A stretch of DNA of 64,000 nt from Schmidtea polychroa. Taxonomy: Eukaryota. The notes beneath the pieces were generated by a model, which worked only from the letters and a program-made list of their open reading frames with translations, was not told where the DNA came from and searched no databases. Each line of letters opens with the position of its first letter. The first letter of the stretch is position 1. The stretch lies in contig CM097887.1 of the NCBI GenBank assembly GCA_044892525.1, positions 101,720,397-101,784,396 on the forward strand, written 5' to 3'. This document shows, piece after piece, positions 53,595 through 64,000 of this stretch. The position numbers and the translations under genes are program-made.

Positions 53595-56013
53595 TTATTC
53601 TTCTTGATGTTTCGTTAGGTCTGTTAATAAGTATCCTAAGGATTGCTATTGGTGACTGAAGAACTGAATTATTATCACAAGTTAAACATTTTGATAAACA
53701 TTATCGCTAAGCTTTTATTGATTTATTAGAAACATTTGATTTTATGAATTCAAATTATGGAAATCATTATGAAATATTTTATGTTAAATCTGTTTGATAG
53801 TGTAAGTTTTTCTATCACCTCAACTGAGAGAAATTCCATATAGGAGTTCTGAAATTGTTAAGTTAACATCAAACATCGCCCCAAAATTTTATTTCAAATT
53901 CTTCAAAATTATTTGATTTGTTCACAACCCGTAAAAAATATCATCATTGAAATGCGATTGTAAATATCTTTCCAACAGTTTGATTTTCATGACTTTCAGC
54001 CACGTAATATTTATATAAATTATTCAAAATTTGGTTTTAAAAAAGTTAGTTTATTTTAGTAAATTAAAACAAAGTTATTATTCAAGTAAATTATAACAAA
54101 GAAACAAATTATTTAATTTATTACCATGAAAATAATTAATCAAGTAGGCTGTCTTTAGCGCAATTTATTTGAATAATTAATTTTTGTTACGTCTTCAGGA
54201 TATTAAACTGATTTTAACATAAGTACAAAAGACCAATTGTGTGATAATTTTAGAAATTTTGATGGACTGATCTCTAAATTGCAGAAGTCAATCGTTCTGT
54301 TTATTTTTTTAAAGATGTTTCTATTACTATAAGTAATCTAATAATTAAATTACCTAATCAATACTTACCGTGAATGTTTGGATGCGTGTGTGTATGTTAT
54401 TGCATGTCTAAAACATGTCTCATATTTCATGTTAATTATTACATAATAGTCTTTGATCATAAACAGATAAATACTTTATTATGTCATAACTATTATGTCA
54501 TAAAATAGATTTTAGAAAATACCAAATGACCCGCTGTGGTAGATAATAGTATTCAACAAGTATTACTCAACATAAACAAAACAAAAAAATATAAAAAATA
54601 CTATATTAACTGTAGATTAATTATTTCGAAAGTCATGAAGTCAAATGTGCAAAAGCAATAAAATAACACGTGCATTTTCAATGCAAAAGTTCAAAATGGG
54701 TCATTTGACCCGTTATGGTAAGTCTTGTGTTAAAATATTTACCAATTACAATACTCAAAAAGAGCAACTACGACAGATCCATTTCAAAGATTTTGTTAAA
54801 GAATAGTTTATGCAATTTCTTGAAAATTTTAAGAAGATGATAAATTCCAGTTTGTGTAATAGCATCAAAAAGACTGTTTATATAATTCTGTATGGCAAAA
54901 ATTATGCCTGTAGATTTATTTTTTAGATGTTTTTTCGTATCGGTAACACAATAATGTAAACAAACAACAAATAAAACTAGAAAACAAAATATTAAGTTTA
55001 CATGAAAAAGAAAATCATAACAAAATATTTAATACGACAAATAAAATAACCTATTAATAAAAGCACCAACTATCCCAAAATATAAATTCAAAAATTAATG
55101 ACCTGATCACAAAGCGTACCTTGGTTGACAACAATAATTCATTACATTCAATACAAACTTTTATTGATAAGCACAATTGATTAAAATTTTAAAACGACAC
55201 AAAATGATTCAATATTATAACAGTAGTTATTGAGTCCGTATTACAATCCTCCGGAAAAATTGCACTATTATTTAGGACTTCGAATTTATGACCACCCAGT
55301 TATTATTTTTGGTTTTGATAATAGATAGAATACTTCTAGTTGCTTTCCATATTTTAACTTGAGCATACTAGATATTCGAGAAAAATAGCTTTAATTTTTT
55401 TATTCGGAATGTTTTCTGACTTGGCAGCACTTTTATTTAATGATTTTCTATGATATTTTGCTTTCGCTTTTTCTCTTTTCTCGTGTCGTTTACTTTGTTT
55501 CACTTTTATACTTTGTTATTCATTGTCACTTACAAATTATTTACTGTGGCTTCCAATTTTCCAATTTTGGTACATAAGCAAACTTTCAACTTCTCTCGAA
55601 CTTTTGCCTACTAAAGACAATTTTTATGATTTAGTAATTAAAGAATTTTGTAGAAAAACAAGAAGAATTGAGGTTTTATTTAAATAAATTTTTTTTTGAA
55701 TTTTTATTATTGCTTTCACAAAATGTTTGAGTACGAGACGCCGCTAGATTGTTCAGATAAAATAATTATGACCAGACAAAAAATCTGCAATTTTCTTCAT
55801 TTAATGTTTAGTCTCTTTCGACAACATGAGCAAAATAAAGCTTTCCTCAAACAAAAATCGATTAGACAAATATTAAAAATATCAAAATTCATAAACTTTT
55901 TTATTTAGATAATTCAAAGAAACAAATAACTTTTCATGACAAAAAATAAAATACATAAGGACAAAAACTTCCGAAATCATTTATTTCCCATAATTATTTA
56001 TTACCATCCTTCA

Positions 56014-59000
56014 TCACATTATTTCATGCCTATAAATATAAGCTATTATAATTAAAAGTATTAAAATTAATAATCCGATGATTAAATACATTGTCAATCT
56101 GCTTTTTTCAATATCTGAAATATATTTAATTAACTTATTTTTCCGAAACAATTAGGTTTTACCAACTAATCTGTAACATTTAGAATTATTCATATTAGCC
56201 TTATTTCCACAAATCACGCATATATTTCGATTTGTAAGAGTTTTATCGGGATTAATTGTGATAACGAGATCACTGCTTAATTTATAGGACTCTTTTGGTA
56301 TTCCTATAACTACAAAACTCACTCTTGAATATATAACATATTTCGGTTCAAATCGGCACATTATGCCATGTTGTTTAAAAAAATATAGTTCGAAGGTATT
56401 TGGAGTTATTGTAACGTTCACATCTCCATCTAAATAATACAATTTATAATTTTCGTTTTTTCTTTATTCTTAGGCAATTTAGTTGGACATATATTGCAAA
56501 TTAAAGTAATATTTCACGAATACTTTGTAAAAAAATACGGCTATTGTAATATTTATTAAATAAATCAGTAATATATCGATGTTTTTGATATATAACTGAT
56601 TTATAGTCTTCAAGCTCTTCTTAATAAATATATATATATAAATATTTATTAAGAAGAGCTTGAAGACTATAAATCAGTTATATATCAAAAACATCGATAT
56701 ATTACTGATTTATTCAAGCTCTTTTTAAAATAAATACAATGGGAAAAAAAATCAGTGGTGAAATTGGAAAATAAATTTCTTATAATAATATATTAGAAGC
56801 TTTTTTCAAATTTCACCACTGATTTCTTTTCAATTGACATTCTATTTATTAAAAAGCTTGACTATGAATCTGTAAATATATCGATGTGTTTTTGATATTC
56901 ACAAATTTTTGGCACTGCCTTTTTCAAGCGATTTTTATATGGTTGTCATTATTATTTTATTATTATTATTTATTAATTATTATTATATGAATCTTTTATG
57001 TTTACTATTCAACATTTCTAACGGCATCTGAAAAATTATATATACACGGAATTCATCAAATTAGTATTAAGTATCAAGGAGAAATATCTAAAAATGATTT
57101 TTAAAAAAAGTTAATTAAAAAATAAATATGAATATGAATTCAAAACAAATTGATAGCAGCCGAGAGAATTAAATGATTATTTGACAACTTTATTTGCAAA
57201 AATCTTTGGAGGAGATTGATAAGAATAAAAGTTAATTGTTTTCGTTTTAGAAATTAAGTAAAACATTTTAGGAAGTATTTTCTAGTAGAGATTTGTAGAG
57301 GCGATTGTTGCGAATCGAATGAGCTCTAAATCTTTGAGATATGTCGAGAAGATTTCTATGAAATCAAAGAATGGTGGGTAAAATATTTTGTAAAGGGGGG
57401 CTGCATTTTCTCTCTTGGGTGTTACGGGCTCACAATATACTACTTCAATAAAACAAAAATAAAAAACAATGGTAAATTTCTAGTTTTTTAGTTCTATCAA
57501 ATTGAAGACATTTTAATTTGAAAAATATTAGCCCTTGCTGTCTATGAACGTTTTTGAGACTGGAAACCATTCAAGAAACTGTGATAGTTTAAAGTTAAAA
57601 AACTACCGTAAATATCTGTGTATTGTTTAATATTTATAATTATTTAAATTTTACAATGTTTCGATTTATTTTAATGAATACCAAAAAACAAAAATATAAT
57701 TTTACCATATGGTGTATAACATTTGATAGTTTCTGCCGGAATCTCAGGATGGCCGCAAGTCGCACAAATACTATCATTTGTATTATTTCCTCCTCCCAAA
57801 ATAATCACACTCCTGTTATATCTTTTTATATCAGTTGAATTAATATTTGTAAACCGAATATCAGGATAATAATCATAAATAGTAATAGGAAGAGCTGAAC
57901 AAGTAACTTCCATTTGATCATGTATTAAATAATGCTTTGATTCATTTGGGAATATTTGAAATTTTACAATATCAGCTATCACATTAATAAATTAATTAAT
58001 TCACATTAAGTTACTTACAAAATACGTCTATTGATAAAGTAAAATCTTCTCGTAATATATTTAATTTACATGAGAAAATGTAGGTCCCATTTGTAACATT
58101 TTTATTAATAATTATTTGACTTGGTTGAAAACTGAAATTTGATGCTTTATCTATTTTGCACATTACAATATAATGTCTGTCTGGTTTGTAATTATCGGTT
58201 AAAATTACGTTTAAAGTTGTATTTGTCCATGAGAAATATATTTTTTGAACGGGAGAATGCTGTAGNNNNNNNNNNNNNNNNNNNNNNNNNNNNNNNNNNN
58301 NNNNNNNNNNNNNNNNNNNNNNNNNNNNNNNNNNNNNNNNNNNNNNNNNNNNNNNNNNNNNNNNNNNNNNNNNNNNNNNNNNNNNNNNNNNNNNNNNNNN
58401 NNNNNNNNNNNNNNNNNNNNNNNNNNNNNNNTTTAAGCCTTTTACTACGAATAATATATTTAACACAAATGAAAATAATTTTCGAAGAAAACAATATCAC
58501 AATGGAAACCTGTCAGACAACGAAACATATGTTATTTCAAAAAAACATTGCCTATTGCATCACGTGCAATGTACGCAAAGAGATATACACTGGAAGTACA
58601 TTCAGGAGTTAAACAGTTAAAGAACAGTTAAAAATATTTCAATCGAAATCTTAGCCAATGGAAACATCCAAAAAATGTGAGATTTAAAAAAACAATTTTC
58701 ATCATAAACAGACGGCAAACAATGAACACTAAAGAAGAGATCAATGAGATAGATCGTCAGTTTGATTTGTTGTTATTGACCTTGAGAAGAACTTTTAAAA
58801 AAATTAAATTAAAAATTAAAAAATAATAATTTAAAATAATATAGAAAAATAGATCAAATTTTAAGGAAATATACTTTTAAAAGATCTTTAAGAATAAAAA
58901 TTAAAATAGAAACAATTTTTTTATATATTTAAATTACGTATATAAATAGTTATTGGAAATTATATTTTATAAATATTTTAAGATATTATTTATTAAAGGA

Positions 59001-62000
59001 TGTCTTTATGAGCTATTTAAGAGTTAACTTCGTGTTTATTAGTGGATTTCAATTCTTACTTAGATGGTGTTCGGATCTTGGTTATGAATATTTATGTCAT
59101 GGATGCTTGGAATGATTGGAATGATTGTCCGCCCTCTCCGTTTTCAAGTTCCTGATCACTATCGACTGAAGGAATTGATTAATATTAGTTAACACAATTT
59201 TGTGAAAAATTTATTAAGATGTTGTTTGATTTCAACTTTTGTGAGATTTACAAGTTTGAATTGAAAAAAGAAGAAACTAAATTCCAGGAAATTGAAAAGG
59301 TCTATCTTATAGTCGAAATTTTTTTCATTTGTATTAAATATATTATTCGCAGCAAAAGGCTTANNNNNNNNNNNNNNNNNNNNNNNNNNNNNNNNNNNNN
59401 NNNNNNNNNNNNNNNNNNNNNNNNNNNNNNNNNNNNNNNNNNNNNNNNNNNNNNNNNNNNNNNNNNNNNNNNNNNNNNNNNNNNNNNNNNNNNNNNNNNN
59501 NNNNNNNNNNNNNNNNNNNNNNATTTCTTTTCAACAATTGTATATGGACCAGTACATGTAAAACACAGACATCTTCCATGAAAAATTATCGAGTTTGATA
59601 TATTAACCTCGGTAGAGTTTTTATTTATAATATAATATTCTGAAGAGGAAAAATATAGAAAAAGTAATTTTACATAAACTGGATTTACATCGCATTTGAT
59701 AATTACATATCTACCGATTGTTAACACCCGAGCTATGGGGGTTATATCCAGCCGAACTGCATGAACTACATTATAAATCTACATGATAAATCGTCATCAT
59801 AATTATAAAATTTATATTAAACCTTAAGAAAAATATTTAAATAAACATAAATAATTATTTGCATATTTTAAATTACAACTTTATGACCATAGGGGATTCT
59901 AAACAGAAAATAATTTTGGGCCTCATTTTATATTATAAAAATTTGAAAATTATTGATAGAGGTAAATAATACATAAATTTACTTTTTTGGATTTATTTTA
60001 TGAAAATTTGTTTATATTTCATCTTAAATAATTCTTTTTGTTGTTTTTTCTTCTACGCACCTAAAAACGAGATTTATCAGTCCTGGTCTCCAGAATATTT
60101 AAGTAGCTTTTAATTTTTCAACACCAAAAACGATTTCTGAGTTGTATAATTAGATACTGAAATTAAACAGAAATTTTTCAAAAACATTTTAAACACAGAA
60201 GCTAAACTTTACTAAGTTTTACTAAGAATAAATTAATTGCTAATGGAAATAATTTGTTTCTTTGAAATGAAAGAGTAAAAGTTCGGCAAATTTTGCTGAA
60301 TTAAAAATTGGTGATTAATAAAAAGATTTTGCGTTTGCTAACGATATATTTACATATATAAATAATATAAATAACAAACTACAAGAAAAGAGGACAATGC
60401 TTGAAATCTTTAAAATCTAAGTTTATTTTCATATGAAATTTACCTAACAGCGAGCTTCAGTATTTTTCTCAACTGCAACTGCGATAAAACAAAATATTTT
60501 AAAAAAGTATTTTAATTTGTTATATATTTCGAAGCAGCATATCAACATAAAAACAAAAATAAGAGAAGAAAGATTCGATTAGATGGGAAGAGAAAGAAAT
60601 GGAATAAAAAAGACCTATTTTAGGTAAAAAGAAATTGTCAAAATGAATTACCTTTTTACCTTTTAACTTTTTATTTAAATTATATTTTTATAAATAATTT
60701 CGTGACTAGTGTTATCCTTTCACCATTATCATATATTAGTTGAAAAATTAATGTTTTATAAATAAAAAAGTTGTACGTCAATTTGTATCAATTGTACAAC
60801 CACTTATTAGTTGGTTCAAAAAATTATTCATTGGGAAAACGCTTGTCCAACAAATGAAAATAGGAATGGAAAATGAAAATAATATTTGAGAAACTGCCAA
60901 GGTCAAGGTGGTAGTATTATGATATGAACACGGACTGCAAAGTGGATCATTACCGTTGGAAATTATTACTTAGAAAATGGTCTTGGATAAAATATATTAT
61001 TGAAGAAGCTTTCAATGAAAATAATAATGGAATTATCGAAAGCAATTAAAAAAATTAATAATACATGGCCATACATTTTGGTATTTTAAGCAATGTTCTC
61101 TCTAATTTTTCGTTTGCCTTTGTCCAAAATTTTAAAGTCGTATCGTGTCATTAAAAAAACGTGTACTGCGAATGATGAACTATTTTCAAAGAATAGAATT
61201 GTATATTTACGTAGTTTTAATTCTCAAAGTTTTAACATTTATAGAAATTATTTATTCATTTGTTATAATTATTAAATTTAAACCAAATAATATTAATAAT
61301 TACAAACTATTTACTTTGTGTTTTAAATTATGTTAAAAACAATTTTTAATATAAACAACACTTATTCATTTTCTTTTTAAAAAACAAATATAAAAAAAAG
61401 TTGAAAAGATTATAAACNNNNNNNNNNNNNNNNNNNNNNNNNNNNNNNNNNNNNNNNNNNNNNNNNNNNNNNNNNNNNNNNNNNNNNNNNNNNNNNNNNN
61501 NNNNNNNNNNNNNNNNNNNNNNNNNNNNNNNNNNNNNNNNNNNNNNNNNNNNNCTAAAACATTTTAAATTATAAAAAATAAATTATTAAGTACATGGGTG
61601 CTTGAAAATACTGACTGACTGTAAGCTAAAAATCGAGCATAAAAATTACCTACAAAAGTCAGAAAGCTGCCCCAGATCTCACATGTACACACTAAAATAT
61701 AAATATTGTTAATTTATGAATTTATTTATTTTTGTTATTAAATAAAAGTTTATTAATCGACATTATTTTTGTTATTTATATAAAATCAAGTTGAGGTTTT
61801 GTAACTTTAACAGTAATACTTTATTATCACTTATTTTATTTCAAAATTTATAGATTAAACACGATAGAATAAAGTCAAAATAAAAACAAACAAATTTAAA
61901 TGAATTATATTACCATAAACATTTATCTCAAATATTTCTGATCTGCTTGAATAAAGTATAAAACATTGAAATTTATATGCGCCATCCAAAGCATTAACAT

Positions 62001-62099
62001 CAATGGTGATAAATTTCCCAGAAATAGCCACCACGGATGGACCCGACTTCAATGTACAGGTAGATAGAATAGAAATCTTACTATTTTCAAGAGTAAATA
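56014..62099 (-). CDS. Multi-exon type I membrane protein with repeated ~90-aa Cys-containing (possibly Ig-like) domains; 5' end not found
   Basis: Exons 62099-61914, 59765-(gap 59522), (gap 58266)-58019, 57975-57706, 56429-56163 and 56114-56014. Every visible junction is GT-AG and phase 1. The last exon encodes DIEKSRLTMYLIIGLLILILLIIIAYIYRHEIM* (transmembrane helix and 5-aa tail). Confidence 0.7.
56559..56714. repeat. Perfect 73-bp inverted repeat with 10-nt AT loop
   Basis: 56559-56631 is the exact reverse complement of 56642-56714. An imperfect second hairpin follows (~56715-56865). Confidence 0.95.
58432..59363. mobile_element. ~930-bp TIR-bounded element of the 4653-4839 MITE family, both ends at assembly gaps
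   Basis: TTTAAGCCTTTTACTACGAATAATATATTTAACACAAATGAAAA at the left and TTTTTCATTTGTATTAAATATATTATTCGCAGCAAAAGGCTTA at the right are inverted. 58432-58560 is the reverse complement of 3285-3402. Confidence 0.8.
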
Positions 62100-62404
62100 C
62101 TGTTTCAATGATAAATGATTCATAAAAGGTTAAATAATAAGGCAATTTTGGAGAATAATCAAAGTCTATAAGAGCTAAATTATATATTCAAATAAAAAGT
62201 CTTTTCTCTAATATCAAAAATATTTTGAAATAGTAAATGTTGGAGAAAGGAGAAAAAATAAATTCTCAAAGAGTTTTAAACTTAAAATTATAAAAAATTC
62301 CTCGATTTGTAATCGCTCCATCAAGGTTCAATTAAGGCTTTTTAGATAACATAGGATAACATGCATGGGATGTTTTTGGTAATTATATTATGTTTTCTAA
62401 TCTG

Positions 62405-62490
62405 CTGAATCTTTAATATCTTTAAATGCTCCATGTTCAATTACTGCTTGGGGAGAAGGTCTATCGAAAAGACATAATTATGATTTAGCG
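62405..62490 (-). pseudogene. Possible N-terminus of a Polinton major capsid protein (truncated)
   Basis: AKS*LCLFDRPSPQAVIEHGAFKDI resembles the remembered Polinton MCP start (KSELDLF..PP.Q..IE.G). It lies directly downstream of the A32 ATPase. Confidence 0.5.
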
Positions 62491-62555
62491 CTAATCATTT
62501 TTCAAAGATCGTACCATATCCTCTCATTCTTTTTTTCTTAATTAAATTTTAAATG

Positions 62556-63182
62556 TTTTCAGTTTTGTTTATAAATCGTAACAACGTTTATATTAAAAAT
62601 ATCTTTTCTAATACGCATATCATCAGCACATTATTGTGTAAAATCAAAAAATAAATATCCATGGGGAATTTTTGTCGCATTTTGGAATGATTATATTAAA
62701 AATTTTCTATTATTAGGATAAGCTTGTCTTGCAATAAAATCAATTATTGTTTGATCTCTAGGATTTTTGAAAATAATCAAATATTGAACATTTAAATTAA
62801 GTGTTCTATGACTTCCACCTTGACGAAAAAGATATTGTGTTATGAAAATAACTGTAACTCCACAATGTCTACTAATTTTTGTAAATAAATTATTAAAATC
62901 ATTTTCTTTATTTGCTTCCTGATACAAATCATCGATAATAATAACATCACCTTGACATAATCTAGATGACCAATTTTTATCAAATCCTTTAATTATTGTC
63001 ATTTTTAACTTACAGAAACTGTTTTGAGTCAATCCATGCTCTTCATCTGTGCCTCGATGCCAATATATTTTATTAAATTTGGATTTAAAAATGTTTGATT
63101 GTAATAAATTACATACAAATAAAGTTTTCCCACTTCCACTAGGTCCTACAATTTGATATACCGCATCATTTATTAATTTCAT
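62556..63182 (-). pseudogene. A32/FtsK-HerA packaging ATPase of Polinton/adintovirus type (premature stop)
   Basis: Walker A GPSGSGKT, Walker B VIIIDD, ISRH, IFITQ and QYLIIFKNPRD. After the stop at 62691 the frame continues SFQNATKIPHGYLFFDL, the usual C-terminal motif. Confidence 0.88.
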
Positions 63183-63231
63183 TTTAATTAAATTATTTTA
63201 TTTAATTTGTTTATAATTAGAATAATCAAAC

Positions 63232-63707
63232 ATGATAAGAAACATCAAGTATAGAAGAAGATGCTTAGTGGATGGAATAAAGTTCCCATCAAGTAAACCT
63301 CAACATATTGTGGACAGAAGCGGAAAATATCCAATTTTTTTCTTCAAGAGTGGGAAATGCAGGATAATGGGATGTGAGAAACCTTTACAAGAAGGTGATC
63401 TCAAACATCTGATTCAAGACTTGCAAATACAATCAATTACATAACTTTAGATATTGGTACTTGCATTGATTTAAATGCATTGTCAATGAAAACCAATAGT
63501 TACTACGAACCTGAAATATTTCCATCTTAACGAATTCTCAAGTATAACTCTCTATGCGTCAATGTTTTTTCAAGAGGTAAAGTGGTTTTATTAGGAATTC
63601 AAACTTTTGACAATTTTAATCAAATTCAAGAAATTCAGAATTTCATGAAATCATTGACCATAAATATTACAACAAATGAAGAAATGTTGGAATATTTATT
63701 AAGTTAA
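63232..63707 (+). pseudogene. TATA-binding-protein-like gene (two TBP repeats), frameshift and stop
   Basis: Repeat 1 PIFFFKSGKCRIMG. After a 1-nt frameshift at ~63441: TLDIGTCIDLNAL...YYEPEIFPS*RILKYNSLCVNVFSRGKVVLLG, matching TBP repeat 2 (YEPELFPGL.Y.......IF.SGKVVLTG). Confidence 0.75.
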
Positions 63708-63718
63708 TTCAATAAATT

Positions 63719-63934
63719 GTGTTTAAATCAATTGATTATCTACAAAAACATAAATTCAAAAAAATGAATGACGAGAAGCAAGCGTATATATTCCAAAAAA
63801 TATTAACAAAGATGGAAGAAATGTTCCCTAATATAAAGAATCGACTTTCATATTGTGCTCCTGAATTATTAGCTTATAGAATCAAGCAATTAACGGGAAT
63901 CAATATAGAGGAAATTATACGAATGCATTACTAA
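63719..63934 (+). CDS. Small hypothetical ORF, probably part of the same Polinton-like relic
   Basis: Co-oriented and tightly packed after the TBP-like gene, intronless; no recognisable motif. Confidence 0.35.
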   Translation: MFKSIDYLQKHKFKKMNDEKQAYIFQKILTKMEEMFPNIKNRLSYCAPELLAYRIKQLTGINIEEIIRMHY

Positions 63935-64000
63935 TCTATGCAGGAATCAAGATTTAAATGCCAAGACGATTGTGAGGTCTGTATAGATCCGATGAAATTA

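Overview
Strongly AT-rich, intron-containing eukaryotic (animal-like) DNA with seven assembly gaps (3403-3743, 6069-6209, 12755-12890, 40395-40550, 58266-58431, 59364-59522, 61418-61553). All identifications are by eye, from remembered family motifs; no searches were run. Four host genes can be reconstructed: (1) a WDR86-like WD40 gene (minus strand, runs into a gap); (2) a six-exon SCP/CTDSP-type CTD small phosphatase spanning 26122-45635, whose catalytic exons are missed by the ORF track; (3) an intronless FAM78-family gene; (4) a multi-exon type I membrane protein made of repeated, possibly Ig-like, phase-1 exons (56014-62099). There are also actin and RNF115/126-like pseudogene fragments and a histone H4 copy with a shortened, altered N-terminal tail. 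The rest is a dense transposon graveyard: Gypsy LTR remnants, hAT elements with intact TIRs and 8-bp TSDs, Tc1 and pogo remnants, and MITEs. Scattered Polinton/Maverick-like relics are also present: a possible terminus at about 12 kb, a decayed protein-primed DNA polymerase at about 35 kb, and an A32 packaging ATPase, capsid N-terminus and TBP-like gene cluster at 62.4-64 kb. The most striking structures are a 2.25-kb near-perfect inverted duplication (14838-20061), an unclassified ~84-bp repeat that recurs in inverted pairs, the TBP-like gene next to the packaging ATPase, and the tail-deleted H4.
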